Shown: positions 19,158-50,229 of the stretch, piece by piece
Numbering within the stretch: position 1 is the first letter of the stretch
Layout: each line of letters starts with the position of its first letter
Assembly (NCBI GenBank): GCA_009914755.4
Contig: CP086569.2
Coordinates: forward strand, 1,152,001-1,216,000
DNA from: the human T2T-CHM13v2.0 reference genome, Homo sapiens
Length of the DNA: 64,000 nt
Direction of reading: 5' to 3'
Position numbers and translations under genes: made by a program
Notes under the pieces: generated by a model
Database searches by the model: none
What the model saw: only the letters and a program-made list of their open reading frames with translations
Told to the model about the DNA's origin: nothing

Positions 19158-20355
19158 CCTTTAGACGTTTGACTGATTAGACCAGGCCCACTCTTCTCCT
19201 TTACACCTTCGGCTGATTGAATGAGGCCCACCCTTCCCCCTTTACACCTTCGACTGATTAGATGAGGCCCACCATTCCCCTTTAGACCTTCGACTGATCA
19301 GATGAAGCCCACCCTTCCCCTTTAGACCTTCAGCTTATTAGATAAGGCCCACCCTTACCCTTTAGACTTTCAACTGATTAAATGAGGCCCACTCTCCCCG
19401 TTTAGACCTTTGACTGATTAGATGAAGCCCACGCTTCTCCTTTGGACCTTCAACTGATTAGATGAGGCCCACCCTTCCCCCTTCAGCCTTTCGACTGATT
19501 AGATGAGGCCCACCCTCCCCTTTATACCTTCGACTGATTAGATGAGGCCCACCCTCCCCTTTATACCTTCGACTGATTAGATGAGGCCCACCCTCCCCTT
19601 TATACCTTCGACTGATTAGATGAGGCCCACCCTCCCCTTTATACCTTCGACTGATTAGATGAGGCCCACCCTCCCCTTTATACCTTCGACTGATTAGATG
19701 AAGCCCACCATTCTCCTTTATACCTTCGACTGATTAGATGAAGCCCACGCTTCTCCTTTGGACCTTCAACTGATTAGATGAGGCCCACCTTTCCCCCTTC
19801 AGCCTTTCGACTGATTAGATGAGGCCCACCCTCCCCTTTATACCTTCGACTGATTAGATGAGGCCCACCCTCCCCTTTATACCTTCGACTGATTAGATGA
19901 GGCCCACCCTCCCCTTTATACCTTCGACTGATTAGATGAGGCCCACCCTCCCCTTTATACCTTCGACTGATTAGATGAGGCCCGTCCTTCCCCCATTTAG
20001 ATCTTCAACTGATTAGATGAGGCCCACCTTTCCCCCTTTGGACCTTCGACTGATTAGATGAAGCCCACCTTTCCCTTTTTAGACCTTTGACTGATTAGAT
20101 GAGGCCTACCCTTCTCCCTTTAGACCTTTGACTGATTAGATGAGACCCACCCTTCCCATTTAGACCTTCAACTCATTAGATGAAGCCCACCCTTCCCCCC
20201 TTCCCCTTTAGACCTTCAGCTTATTAATTAGACAAGGTCCACCCCCTTTAGACCTTCAACTGATTAGATGAGGCCCACCCCTCTTCAGACCTTCAACTGA
20301 TTAGATGAGGCCCACCCCCTTTAGACCTTTGACTGATTAGATAAGGCCCACCCAC
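19158..20355 (+). repeat. 40-bp minisatellite, ~30 copies (unit AGATGAGGCCCACCCTCCCCTTTATACCTTCGACTGATT), with a recently homogenised core
   Basis: Perfectly identical consecutive units at 19490-19700 and 19800-19980. More diverged units at the edges (TTTAGACCTTTGACTGATTAGATGAAGCCCAC...). Confidence 0.95.
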
Positions 20356-21187
20356 ATTCTCCAGTCCAATCTCTTTTCCTGGAAATCAGCTGATTGTGGA
20401 CTTGACATCTACAAAGCCCCTTCGTAGCAGCCGCTGAGTCATGGTTTCATTCAATAACTGGGGACTGTAGCCTAGTCACGGGGACACGTCATTGGTGCCG
20501 GGTATCAGAGACGAAGGCCAAGAGATGAAAAAGAAACAGAGACTGAACCCAAAAGAGGCAGACACACAGGAAGATGGAGATAGAGACCCAGAGATGGGGG
20601 TGGAAGAAGGTGAGAGGGGGAGGAAAGAGAGACAGAGAGGGAGACAGAGAAAAGAGGCAGAGAGACCGAGAGAGAGGCTGAACAGCAAGACCCCAGAGAG
20701 GGTGACTAAGGGTGAGAGACTTGCGTGACCCACATCCCAAGACCCCGTGGGTGGCCCTCTCCCACCCACCTCTCTCCAGCTCAGGGGCTGTGTCTTCCTC
20801 CCATGGGGAACTCCAGTTGCAGCCCAGGGTTGCCCCCAGCGCCCTCTTCTCTGCCACATAGGTAACATCCTCCTGGTTGCCACTTGCACACCCCCATCCT
20901 AGACCTGGCCATCTGTCATTCCATTACCTTCCACCCCCACGCCAGCCTCCTCCCCGGCCCCCGCTTTCCACTGACCCCCAGGGGTCCCCCACATCGAGGT
21001 GCCAGGATGACGGCTTCAGGCTTCAACCTTCCCTTCTCTGAGCTCCATCAGCTCCAGGGGCTTAGCACCTGCTGTACCCTGCCCAGGTTTCATGCTCACA
21101 AGCTCTTCCAAAGACCACCCTGTTCATCGTCAACTATGAGGTCCCATGGGTGGATCTGTCTCAGATCTTTACCCCAGGAAAAACCCA

Positions 21188-21809
<622 letters not shown>

Positions 21810-21847
21810 TCATTTTCTATGTTTTTATTTAAAAACATGACATTTGG

Positions 21848-22445
<598 letters not shown>

Positions 22446-22629
22446 TGATACTTCGCAAAGATGCTTAGACTCCAAGAAGCTTTTGCATCTCTTTCCAACC
22501 CAACTACTGAGGTACTGTGTAGCCTCCTCCTTGAATAACTAACCTGGTGAGCTGAGATTGCGCCATTGCAATCCAGCCTGGGCAACAAGAGCAAAACTCC
22601 ATCACATTTAAAAAAAAAAAAAAATTGAT

Positions 22630-23983
<1,354 letters not shown>

Positions 23984-24193
23984 AAATAAACCTCTCTTTA
24001 AAATACATCACCCAGCCTGGGGAATCCCTTTGTAGCAACACAAAACAGACTAAGACGAGACGGAAATTCATTTCCCTCCATTTCCCACATCTAGAAAAGG
24101 CTGACTTTCTTCATTGGTGGTTGCTGTCACTCAGGCCTGCTGTTGACTCCTCATATCTCACTGGACTGTGACTCTCCTGCCTCCCTCTCATAA

Positions 24194-24480
<287 letters not shown>

Positions 24481-24644
24481 CCTTATAAGGACAATTGTAA
24501 TTACATGTCAGGCCCACGGGGACACTCCAGAATCATCTCTCCATGGCAATATCCCTGGAATAAAAGTCCTCCTTCCATAGAGAGCATTCTGTAATGTGTC
24601 CACAGCATGCTTATCCAGGTAAGAACATGCTGGGGGCCATTATT

Positions 24645-24850
24645 CTGTCTCCCACGTGGAATTAGGACGTGGACATCTTTGGGACCATTATTCTGTCTCC
24701 CACATGGAATTAGGACGTGGACATATTTGGGGACATTATTCTGTCTATCACATGGGTTTAGGACGTGGACATCTTTGGGGCCATTATTCTGTCTCCCACA
24801 TGGGATTAGGACATGGCCATATTTACGGGACATTATTTTGCCTCCCACGA
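24645..24850. repeat. ~48-bp tandem repeat, ~4.3 copies (unit CATTATTCTGTCTCCCACATGGAATTAGGACGTGGACATCTTTGGGGC)
   Basis: Copies begin at ~24645, 24693, 24741 and 24789. ORFs on both strands (MELGRGH..., LPHGIRTW...) are periodic artefacts. Confidence 0.9.
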
Positions 24851-25385
24851 TCAGTGAGTAATTCAATCGCCACAGATACCGAAACATCAACTGAGATGGT
24901 GGCTGACAGGTGGTCTAGGGCCTACAGGGGACTTCAGGACTTGGAGCCGAGAGAGAGCCGAGCTTGGGATGGATCTGACGGTGAGGTGCCAGCTGTTTCC
25001 TCCCTCGTGGGTGTTCCACGTCCCTCCTGCAAACCCCAGCCGGCCCCTTGCTTCAGAGTTTCAGGGGAGATTTGACGATGGAGCAGAGGCAGCCTTCCGG
25101 AACCTTCTACCCCTGACCTTTTGATTCACAAGTCAAAGCTTGGGGAAGAGATGGAGCCAGGCTCTTGGTGGGGAGAAGCGTCTAAAACACAGCAAGGAAG
25201 AAAAAGCGTGGAATCCTCTGGGCCTGCAAGAAGTGAGAGGAGGAGACTCCCACAGGGCGCCCCAGGAAGCAGGTCCACCTCCCCAAGGGAGCACCACATT
25301 CCTGGGTATGAACCTGTGGGTTTCAGAGACCTCAGGCCCTATTTACCTCAGAAGCAGAGGCCTCCGGTGTCAAAGAGACAGCAGA

Positions 25386-26295
<910 letters not shown>

Positions 26296-26439
26296 AGCCA
26301 GCAGAGATAGGGCCTAGGATGACTGAGGCCCCTGAAGGCTGTGGCGATCAGCCCCTCCCCTGTGTTCTTTGGCACCTACGGACCCTCTCCAAGGAATGGG
26401 TGGGCAGAGGCTGTCAATATTGGCTGAGAGGGAGCTTTT

Positions 26440-27070
26440 GCAGAACCGCACTGCACCTGCCCAACCCCACTGCACCTGCCCAACCCCACTGCACCTGCCC
26501 AACCCCACTGCGCCTGCCCAACCCCACTGCATCTGCCCAACCACTCTGTGCCTGCCCAACCACACTGCACCTGCCTAACCGTACTGCACCTGCCCAACCG
26601 CACTGCACTTGCCCAATTGCACTGCACCTGCCCAACCCCAATGCACCTGCCTAACCGTACTGCACCTGCCCAACCGCACTGCACCTGCCCAATCCCACTG
26701 CACCTGCCCAATCCCACTGCACCTGCCCAATCCCACTGCACCTGCCCAACCCCACTGTGCCTGCCCAACCGCACTGCACCTGCCCAATCCCACTGCACCT
26801 GCCCAATCCCACTGCACCTGCCCAATCCCACTGCACCTGCCCAACCCCACTGTGCCTGCCCAACCGCACTGCACCTGCCCAATCCCACTGCACCTGCCCA
26901 ACCGCACTGCACCTGCCCAACCACACTGAACCTGCTCAACCCCACTTCACCTGCCCAACCGCACTGCACTTGCCCAACCCCTCTGTGCCTGCCCAACCCC
27001 ACTGTGCCTGCCCAATCGCACTGCACCTGCCCAACCCCACTGCACCTGCCCAACCACACTGCACCAAAGG
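26440..27070. repeat. 19-bp minisatellite (CTGCACCTGCCCAACCCCA)n, ~33 copies, with a 114-bp (6-unit) higher-order repeat
   Basis: The block ccgcactgcacctgcccaatcccactgcacctgcccaatcccactgcacctgcccaatcccactgcacctgcccaaccccactgtgcctgcccaa recurs at 26665 and 26768. The 57-bp periodic ORFs on both strands (241 aa, 247 aa) are artefacts of 3 x 19. Confidence 0.95.
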
Positions 27071-27289
27071 AAGAGCAATGCAGACATTCAATCCTTTGCA
27101 TGCCTAAACTGGAGAAGACTGTTTATAAGATGCATGCAGGTGGGAGTCACACTGTGGGGGGGAGGGTCATCGGTCACCTGCGTGAGATCAGGGTTGTGCA
27201 GGTGGAGAAAAGAGAGGGAGGGGAGACAGATTCTATGATGAGGACAGGTGTGGTGAAAATGGGTCTCAAAAGAAATTTAAAAAATAGAT

Positions 27290-27738
<449 letters not shown>

Positions 27739-27744
27739 ATAATG

Positions 27745-27804
27745 GATGAATTTTAGATAGATGATAGACATAGATAGATAGATAGAAAATAGATAAAATA
27801 GATA

Positions 27805-27850
<46 letters not shown>

Positions 27851-28286
27851 TAGATAGATGAATGGATAAATAGATGGATAGATAGATGGATGAATGGATA
27901 GATGACAGATAGATAGACTCTAGATGGATAATAGATGATGGATAGATTGATGATAGATGGATGATAGATAATAAATGATAGATGATAGATAAATAGATGA
28001 TTGATAGAAAATAGATGATAGATGGATAGACAGATAGATAGATATATAGATAGATACATAGATAGACCAATAGACAGATAGATAGATCAATAGATAGATA
28101 GATAGAATAGATAAATGGATAGATAGACACATAGATACATAGATACATAGACAGATACATAGATAGATGATAGATTAGATAGATGATAGAAGAGCTAGAC
28201 AGATGGATAGATAGACACATAGACAGATACATAGATACATAGGTAGATAGATAGATGATAGATGACAGATGATAGATTAGATAGAT

Positions 28287-28330
<44 letters not shown>
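27745..28330. repeat. (GATA)n/(TAGA)n compound tetranucleotide microsatellite
   Basis: Long runs of gatagatagatagatagatagatagataga with GATG, GACA and CATA interruptions. Ends with (gata)12(gaca)4. Confidence 0.95.
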
Positions 28331-28344
<14 letters not shown>

Positions 28345-28912
28345 GAGGTAGTTGGGATCTATCTGCTATTTCTCAGGCTCCCTCCTGGAAGTTGGAACTG
28401 ATCTCACTTGTTCCAAGACCCTCACCTTAAATCACATTGTTAGACGGTGAACCATCCAAAGCCCCCAGGCCAGCAAAGATACTACCAGGGGCCATTCCAG
28501 GACCTGAGGTATCACCACCCTCCAGCCAAGACCCAAGGCAAGACTTCCCTTTGGGTAAGGCTAGGTCTTCAGTGCACAGCGTCTAACAAGCGACAGGAGA
28601 AAGGTATGTCCTGGAGATGGGCTTGGCCCGGGAAGAGCCATGGAGACTCACGTTCAGCCCCTGCCCATCCACGCGGGAGGGAACACCGGCGTCATGGGGC
28701 TCCCCAACGCCTGGGTTCTCCTGAATGAGATCAACAGCACCACCACCTCCTACATCCGTGCCTGCGTCTCTCATCCTGTTGAGTCATGCCGTGGGGAGCA
28801 AGTTCCCTAATTCTGTCTTCCTGTGTGGACACAAAACCAGCAGCCGACGCCCCAGACACAGAGGCGTTGAGGGCGTGGGGCCAACACGCTTGCCCCCCTA
28901 ACGGTTTGCTGA

Positions 28913-29607
<695 letters not shown>

Positions 29608-29988
29608 TGAGACGGAGTCTTGCTCTTGTCACCCAGGCTGGAGTGCAATGGTATCATCTCAGGTCACCATTTCTGTAACGTGCAAATTTCTGTAACGTGC
29701 ACGCACAGAAGCCTTCAGAATGAAGACCCACGCTCCCAGGGAGGTACAAGCTTTTGGAGTGGAAGAAGAGGAAGAAGAGAAATTCTAATGGGGCTTGGAT
29801 CTTCTCTCCTGGAGTGGGAAAAGAGGAATTCTATTGAGGGAAAGTAAGAGATTGCTAGGAAGATCCTTTGCCCAGGCTGGAGTGCAGTGGCGACTCTTGG
29901 CTCACGGCAGCCTCAACATCCCAGGCTTAAACAATCCTCCCACCTCGGCCTCCTTAGTAGCTTGGATGACAGGCATGCACAACCATGA

Positions 29989-30657
<669 letters not shown>

Positions 30658-30658
30658 T

Positions 30659-31610
<952 letters not shown>

Positions 31611-31678
31611 CAAGTTTTTTGTAGAGATGGAATCTCACTATGTTACCCAGACTGGTCTTGACTGCTAGGCTCCAGTGA

Positions 31679-32352
<674 letters not shown>

Positions 32353-32478
32353 TGCTGTCTTCTTTGTGGTCACAAAACTTCCCCAGAGAGAGAATTTACA
32401 ACACTCATCATTTTTCAGAGGTTTTTGCTTTTAGTCAGAAAAGGGAAGCTCCAAGAAGTTTCTTTCTAGATCTGTTGA

Positions 32479-33151
<673 letters not shown>

Positions 33152-33211
33152 CCCAACTTGGCATATTTTGGATTGACCCATTCTAGTCCCTTTTAAGAAG
33201 TGCAGACAGAG

Positions 33212-33629
<418 letters not shown>

Positions 33630-34078
33630 TCAGTACACGCTTGGGGGTTAACTTAAACAGTGACCATCACCAAGCGAAATCTTAAAATGCGAGCAACGTG
33701 GAGCTAAACGGACTGCAAAAAGAAGACCATTGTGTATTGTAGGCACTGTCACAAAAAGGCAGAACCCCGCTTCTTCAGCGTAGCTGAGAACGTCCACATC
33801 AGGCAACTCAGATTTTTTTGCCACACTGCTTATGATGCCTCTGAATGGCCACAAACTTGCCCCAAGTATCAGCCGGGTGCGGTGGCTCATGCCTGTAAAT
33901 TGCATCACTTTGGGAGGCCGAGGTGTGGGTGGATCGCATCATGAGGTCGGGAGTTCGAGACCAGCCTGACCAACGTGGTGAAACCCCTTTTCCACTAAAA
34001 ATACAAAATTACCCCGGCATGGTGGCTCATGCCTGTAATCCCAGAACTTTTGGAGGCTGAGGCAGGAGCATTGCTTGA

Positions 34079-34433
<355 letters not shown>

Positions 34434-34831
34434 CCACTTACCATCTTAACTGTGTGTGTTTGTTTTTTTTTTTTTTTTTTTTGAAAGGTAGCTCTCCAGA
34501 GAAAGACCCTGTAAGTATCTTTTTCTTTCTCAATGACATCCTGTGATTGGGCCATGAGTCACCTCCAAGTTCAGTGCTCATTTCATGGAACTGTTTAGCT
34601 GTGGGGCCCCACTGAACCCTTTGTGGTCACGCGGCAGCTCTCGGAGGAGCCACGGTTCTCCTGAACGCCCCTGGCTCAGCTACTCAACAATCACACAATG
34701 GACAGAGCGACGTCCTTCCTCCAAAGCTGCCCACTGAGAGATTTTCAGGTCAAAAATTGTAGTGCGTTGAACAGTGACCCTTAACATTTATGTCCACGTT
34801 AACCTCAGAATGGGACATTATTTCAAAATAA

Positions 34832-35403
<572 letters not shown>

Positions 35404-35518
35404 TTATTAAACGTCCATAGTTACTAGTCGGGACTGGCAGGGATGGCTGCAGAGAGGAGCATGTCGTCAGTCACTAGAGGGCAGCAATGTCCCCCACCTT
35501 CAGGCGACCGGATTCTCA

Positions 35519-36232
<714 letters not shown>

Positions 36233-36357
36233 AGGCCAGGAGGGGTGATTCACGCCTGTAATCCCAGCACTTTGGGAGGTAGAGGCTGGAGGATCACTTG
36301 AGGTCAGGAGTTAGAGGCCAGCCTGGGCCACATAGCAAGATCCTGTCTCTAAGAAAA

Positions 36358-36660
36358 AGGAAGGAAGGAAGGAAGGAAAAAGAGAAAGGAAAGAAAGAGA
36401 AAGAAAGAAGGAAGGAAGGAAAAAGGAAAAGAAAGGAAAGAAAAAGAAAGAAGAGAGAGAGAAAAAAGAAAGAAAAAGAAAGAGAAAGGGCAAGCAAGCA
36501 AGCAGGGAGGGAGGGAGGGGAGGGAAGGAGGAGGGAAAGAAGGAAGGGAGGGAGGGAGGGAGGAAGGGAAAGAAAGGAAAGAAAAGAAGGAAGGAAGGAA
36601 AGAAAGAAAGAGAAAGAGAGAAAGAAAAGCAAGAAAGGAAAGAAAGAAAAAAGAAAAAGG
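36358..36660. repeat. (GGAA)n/(GAAA)n polypurine microsatellite
   Basis: aaggaaggaaggaaggaaaaagagaaaggaaagaaagagaaagaaagaaggaagg... The K/E/R-rich + ORF and the F/L/S-rich - ORFs are artefacts. Confidence 0.95.
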
Positions 36661-37104
36661 ACATAAGTGCTTTGGCCCCACTGTGGATGGAGAGGTTGCT
36701 TTTGCCCAGCAGGGCCGCTTGGGCATGACCAAGAAGCACTCTCGTTGCCACCTAACAAAGGCCTGTCTGAGTCGGGACCACGCAAGATGTGGACGCACGC
36801 AGGGAAAGCTGTCAGCAGCTTACACCCATGAAGCCCTTTGCTGTCCTCACCCGGAGGTGCAGACTCTGAGGACCCCTGAGGGAAAGAAAGGCAGGAAAGT
36901 CTGACCTCCTTGTCAGAGCCCTGTGTCCAAGAACTGGGTACTCAGCGATCACAGGACGGTTGGGTTTCTCCGCCTCCTCCCTCAGGTCACAACTCAGCTG
37001 TCTGTGCCCCAAACTGGCCACCGACACCAGGTTCTCTCTTCTTTTAAAGGTTTTCCAGAGAGGTGTACCTGGTGCCCCGTCCTGAGTTGAAAACAAAACA
37101 TACT

Positions 37105-38397
<1,293 letters not shown>

Positions 38398-38854
38398 TCA
38401 AAACAATGAAGAAATAACACATGTCCTAAGAGGCCGTGGCTCCTGATCGGACAGATTTTAATTTCAAAACTTCATCCACGTCTTTGGGTTCAGGCAGGGG
38501 GAGCGATGAACAGGTGCTGACAGCCAGCATCTTTCGAAAGATTTCCTTTGTGTTGACAGACTGAGTTGACACTTGCCCAGTGAAAGAGAGATGATTTGCT
38601 CTCTCTGTGACCACCTGCCCCCCAGGAGCCGGTGACCAAGATAAGCCCCGTGTCCCCAGCCAACCAGTCAAGGTGCCACCTGCGATAGCCCCTGAGTGAC
38701 TCAGGCGGTGCCCACATTACCGTCGGTGACGGTAGCTTTGGTTTTCAGAACCTCTGATCACAAAACAAGGTTTCTCTGGGACACTCTGGCTGTGGCTCTA
38801 CGGATGAGCTCAGCTGTGGAGAAACTTCTGAGTGAGCAGGATGGAGTTATAGAA

Positions 38855-40083
<1,229 letters not shown>

Positions 40084-40128
40084 GTTTTGCAGGATAGATA
40101 GATTCAAGAGATCTATGGTACAATGCAT

Positions 40129-40495
<367 letters not shown>

Positions 40496-40974
40496 TCACG
40501 TTCAGACAGAAGTGGGTCGGTCTTGCAACTGCCGGAGACCGTGGCCCCTGCCCTGGGGGGCTCTGAGCAGTAGCAGAACCAGCCACATTGCAGAAGCCGG
40601 GAACCAGGAGTCAGCCTCACGGTGGGTGGAGGGTGGGGGGCTGGAGGATCCCTCATTTCCCCGGGACAGACCTGCACGTCCACCCTCTTAGAAGCCAGGG
40701 CAAGAGCAAAGAGTGGGCACGTGGTCTGAGAGACCCACTGGTCACGGAAGGTCTCAGCAACACCATCCCCAGGAGGGTCCTTGCAGGCACCTGTGGGGCT
40801 AGTTCCTGGCTCCAGGCAGCCTTTACCGTCCAACCCAGGCAGGAGTGGTTTCCGTGACCCCAGTATTGCCCGTGGAATTCCCCTGAGACGAGGGGCTTTC
40901 CTGGCGAACTTTCCCAGCGAAAACACATCCGGTCACAGGCTTTGCAGCCCCCTCACTCCTGGGATCCCTGGGGA

Positions 40975-41866
<892 letters not shown>

Positions 41867-42030
41867 GACTACTCCTGGTTTAATTCATCCCAGGCAAATG
41901 CAGGCTGGATATGCTGGGACCCCTCTTTCATGGCAAAGAGGTCTTTGTAGATGTTGTTAAGTAAAGGATCTTGAGATGAGATCGTTCTGGAGGGGGGTGG
42001 CCCTAAATGCAATGACAGGTGTGTTTCTAA

Positions 42031-42511
<481 letters not shown>

Positions 42512-42784
42512 CGACCCTGAGACATCTTGATCTCAGACTCCTGACCTCCAGGACTGGGGGATAGGATGTTGTGATCAAGGTGCGGCTTCTGGCATGGAGA
42601 TTGGCAAGGCCCGAGATTGCTCCAGCAGGCACACAGGAGGGCTGCGTCACCAGAGGGAGACCTGAGGTCTCCAGCCATCACCCAGGCTGCGGAAGAGCAG
42701 CGGACGGAAACCCAGAGGAAGGTTAACCAAAGCCAGGTCCCATCCCACTTACCTGGCCACTGTGCACCCCTCAACATCCTCACA

Positions 42785-43395
42785 AGGGATGCCTCAGCCT
42801 CCCGCCTAGCTGGGATGACAGGCACCTGCCATCATGTCCAGCTCATTTTTTTCTTTTTCTTTTTGAGACGGAGTCTTGCTGTGTTGCCCAGGCTGGAGTG
42901 CAGTGGCACCATCTCAGCTCACTGCTACCTCCGCCTCCCGGGGTTCAAGTGATTCCCCTGCCTCAGCCTCCCCAGTAGCTGGGAGGCAGAGGTAGCAGTG
43001 AGCCGAGATCTCGCCACTGCACTCCAGCCTGGGCGACAGAGCAAGACTCCGTCTCCAAAAAAAGAGAAAAATTTAGCTGGACATGATGGCAGGTGCCTGT
43101 CATCCCAGCTACTTGGGAAGCTGAGGCAGGAGAATGGCGTGAACCCAGGAGGAAGAGCTTGCAGTGAGGCGACATCGCACCACCACCCTCCAGCCTGGGC
43201 AACAGAGCAAGACTCCATATCAAAAAAAAAAAAAAAAATATGAGCTGAACATGATGGCAGGTGCCTGTCATCCCAGCTACTGCGGAAGCTGAGGCAGGAG
43301 AATCGCTTGAACCCGGGAGGTGGAGCTTGCAGCGAGCCTAGATTATGCCACTGCTCTCCAGCCTGGACGACAGAGCGAGACTCCGTCTCAAAGAA
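42785..43395. repeat. Alu-monomer cluster: reverse right-arm pieces (42785-42975) joined at the near-palindromic CCCAGTAGCTGGGAGG site to a run of three tandem plus-strand right-arm monomers (42976-43060, 43062-43230, 43232-43395; ~170-bp period)
   Basis: AAATTTAGCTGGACATGATGGCAGGTGCCTGTCATCCCAGCTACTTGGGAAGCTGAGGCAGGAGAAT at 43069 and ATATGAGCTGAACATGATGGCAGGTGCCTGTCATCCCAGCTACTGCGGAAGCTGAGGCAGGAGAAT at 43238. Each ends ...CCAGCCTGG.CGACAGAGC.AGACTCC.T.TC(A)n. Confidence 0.8.
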
Positions 43396-43615
43396 CAAAG
43401 AAAAAGTCGGCTGTGCTCCTGGCATGGGTGGCACACATACGAGGGTCTGCACACACAGGTGCACGCCTTGCTGCGTTAAGGAGGTTCTATTTCGGGTGTC
43501 TCCCATCTGTGTTATCTCCCAGACTCACCCACCATCCCTTCTCATTTCCTTGTTTCTGTTCCTCCTGCCCAAGTCCTGCCAAGGCCGCCACCCCTCCCGC
43601 AAGCTTCTGAAGCTA

Positions 43616-45558
<1,943 letters not shown>

Positions 45559-45559
45559 T

Positions 45560-45870
45560 TCTTTCTTTCTTTTTTTTTTTTTTTTTGAGACAGAGTCTTC
45601 CTCTGTCACCAGGCTGGAGTGCAGTGGCATGATCTTGGCTCACTGTAACCTCCGCCTCCTTGGTTCAAGCCAAATTCTCCTGGCCCAGCCTCCTGACTAG
45701 CTGGGACTACAGGTGCCCACAAGCACACCCAGCTAATTTTTTTTGTTTTTTGTATTTTTAGTAGAGACAGGGTTTCACCGTGTTAGCCAGGATGGTCTCG
45801 ATCTTCTGACCTCGTGATACGCCACCTCGGCCTCCCAAAGTGCTGGGATGACAGGCTTGAGCCACACATG
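45560..45870 (-). mobile_element. Alu (reverse), abutting the L1 fragment
   Basis: Poly-T then GAGACAGAGTCTTCCTCTGTCACCAGGCTGGAGTGCAGTGGCATGATCTTGGCTCACTGTAACC...GGGATGACAGGCTTGAGCCACACATG. Confidence 0.85.
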
Positions 45871-45995
45871 TGATAAAATTACTTAGAACTGAATGCTTAG
45901 TAATACTGGGAACACCCAAGTAAGATTGTATCAATCTCCAGGTTGCAACATTGCAACCCTCATTTTGTAAGATGTTACCAAGGAAAAAAAACTGA

Positions 45996-46491
<496 letters not shown>

Positions 46492-46629
46492 TGCCGCCAT
46501 GGTTTTCTTAATACCATTCTTTTCTGTAGCCTAGTTAATTGCAAGAATGCAGTATAGCATACACAGAGCATAACAAATATGTATGAATCAACTGTTTATG
46601 TTATCAGTAAGGCTTCTGGTTAACACTAG

Positions 46630-46972
<343 letters not shown>

Positions 46973-47127
46973 TGTATTTGGATTTTTGAGTGCACGAGGT
47001 GGCAGTGTCTGTAACCTGCACATTGCCTAAGAGTTAATTCTGTATCAAAACATCTTGTTTGTACGTTAAATATATCCAGTTAAAAAAAAATAAGGAAGCG
47101 GTTAGCCATGAGTTGACATCACATTTA

Positions 47128-47647
<520 letters not shown>

Positions 47648-47786
47648 AGGAGCCGGGCTGCAAGGTGGAGGCTCTGGGGAAGGGCTGAGGTTGGGGTGGA
47701 ATTTGGGAAGGGTGCCGAGAACCAGAGAAGAGTTGATACATTCAGAGGGAAGGGAAGGGCTGTCTGGGAGTGCGCGTGCTGAGTAA

Positions 47787-49113
<1,327 letters not shown>

Positions 49114-49469
49114 TAATAAGATCTGTCATCTGAGACCGGGGGCCACCTCCCTGTCTGGGTGCTGTTTCCCACGAGACAGGGAGGAAACACAGGCAGGAGC
49201 CCCTGGACACCAGCGTTCACGCCTCCAAGGCTGAATTTACTATGTCAGGAAGTTGCCCAACCCTGCCTGTATAGCCAGCAAGAATTCTAATTATAGCAAA
49301 CAGAAACACTTGCAGAAAAAAAAAAAAATGAGAACGGGAACATGATAATTTTCAAAGAAAGAGTCTTTCTTTCAAGGAAAGTCAGGTTCATGGTTACGAA
49401 GCTGCTGACCCCAGGATCCCAGCCCGTGGGAGAGAAGGGGGTCTCTGACAGCCCCCACCCCTCCCCACT

Positions 49470-49551
49470 GCCAGATCCTTATTGGGTCTGAGTTTCAGGG
49501 GTGGGGCCCCAGCTGGAGGTTATAAAACAGCTCAATCGGGGAGTACAACCT
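49470..49551 (+). promoter_or_regulatory. IL3RA: Candidate IL3RA core promoter: inverted CCAAT (ATTGG ~49480), GC box (GGGGTGGGGCC ~49497-49508) and TATA box TATAAAA at 49521-49527
   Basis: ccagatccttATTGGgtctgagtttcaGGGGTGGGGCCccagctggaggtTATAAAAcagctcaatcggggagtacaacc. The predicted TSS is ~25-30 nt downstream of the TATA, and a strong splice donor lies 140 nt further on. Confidence 0.55.
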
Positions 49552-49691
49552 TCGGTTTCTCTTCGGGGAAAGCTGCTTTCAGCGCACACGGGAAGATATC
49601 AGAAACATCCTAGGATCAGGACACCCCAGATCTTCTCAACTGGAACCACGAAGGCTGTTTCTTCCACACAGTACTTTGATCTCCATTTAAG
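49552..49691 (+). other. IL3RA: Candidate IL3RA non-coding exon 1 (5' UTR). The TSS is approximate
   Basis: Unique sequence with no ATG-initiated ORF of the IL3RA frame, ending in the consensus donor TTTAAG|gtaaggtccc at 49691/49692. The position, ~27.8 kb downstream of the CSF2RA stop, fits the expected intergenic spacing. Confidence 0.5.
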
Positions 49692-50229
49692 GTAAGGTCC
49701 CCCCTCCAGGGTGGGATGAGGGAAAAAGAGGGCAGGCAGGGGAGGCGGTGGACTGTGGGTTCCCAAATCCAAGCTGGCAGACACGGGGCATTGGCATGTA
49801 ACAGGTTTCTGCTGAGACCTGCTGTCCGTGTGGGCACCACACCACACATAGAATGACCCGGTACCAGAGAAGTATGTTTGCGATCTCATTCACCCTTTTG
49901 TAAGTGGATCGGACGCTGAAGCCATCATAGCATGTTAGATGCCTTGGGTTTATAAAGGTGATAGCATTAGGAGTAATTTGACAGTGCTTTCTGCTTTTTC
50001 TGTGTGCTTGCTAGAAAATGTACACACCTACACATGGCTAGAGTTCTCTGTTTATTAGAAAGCGCTGGTTCAGTTAGTCAATGAGCTCACGCCCAGGGCG
50101 AGCTGACTGCCAGCCGGGGAGCCGCTTTTGGGGCTGGGACCCCAGCCTGCTTGTAGTGTTTCTCAGTGGTTTTCAAAGGCTGGCGGGACTCAGAATGTTC
50201 CAGATGGCTGGTGAAACCTCAGGTCCCTC

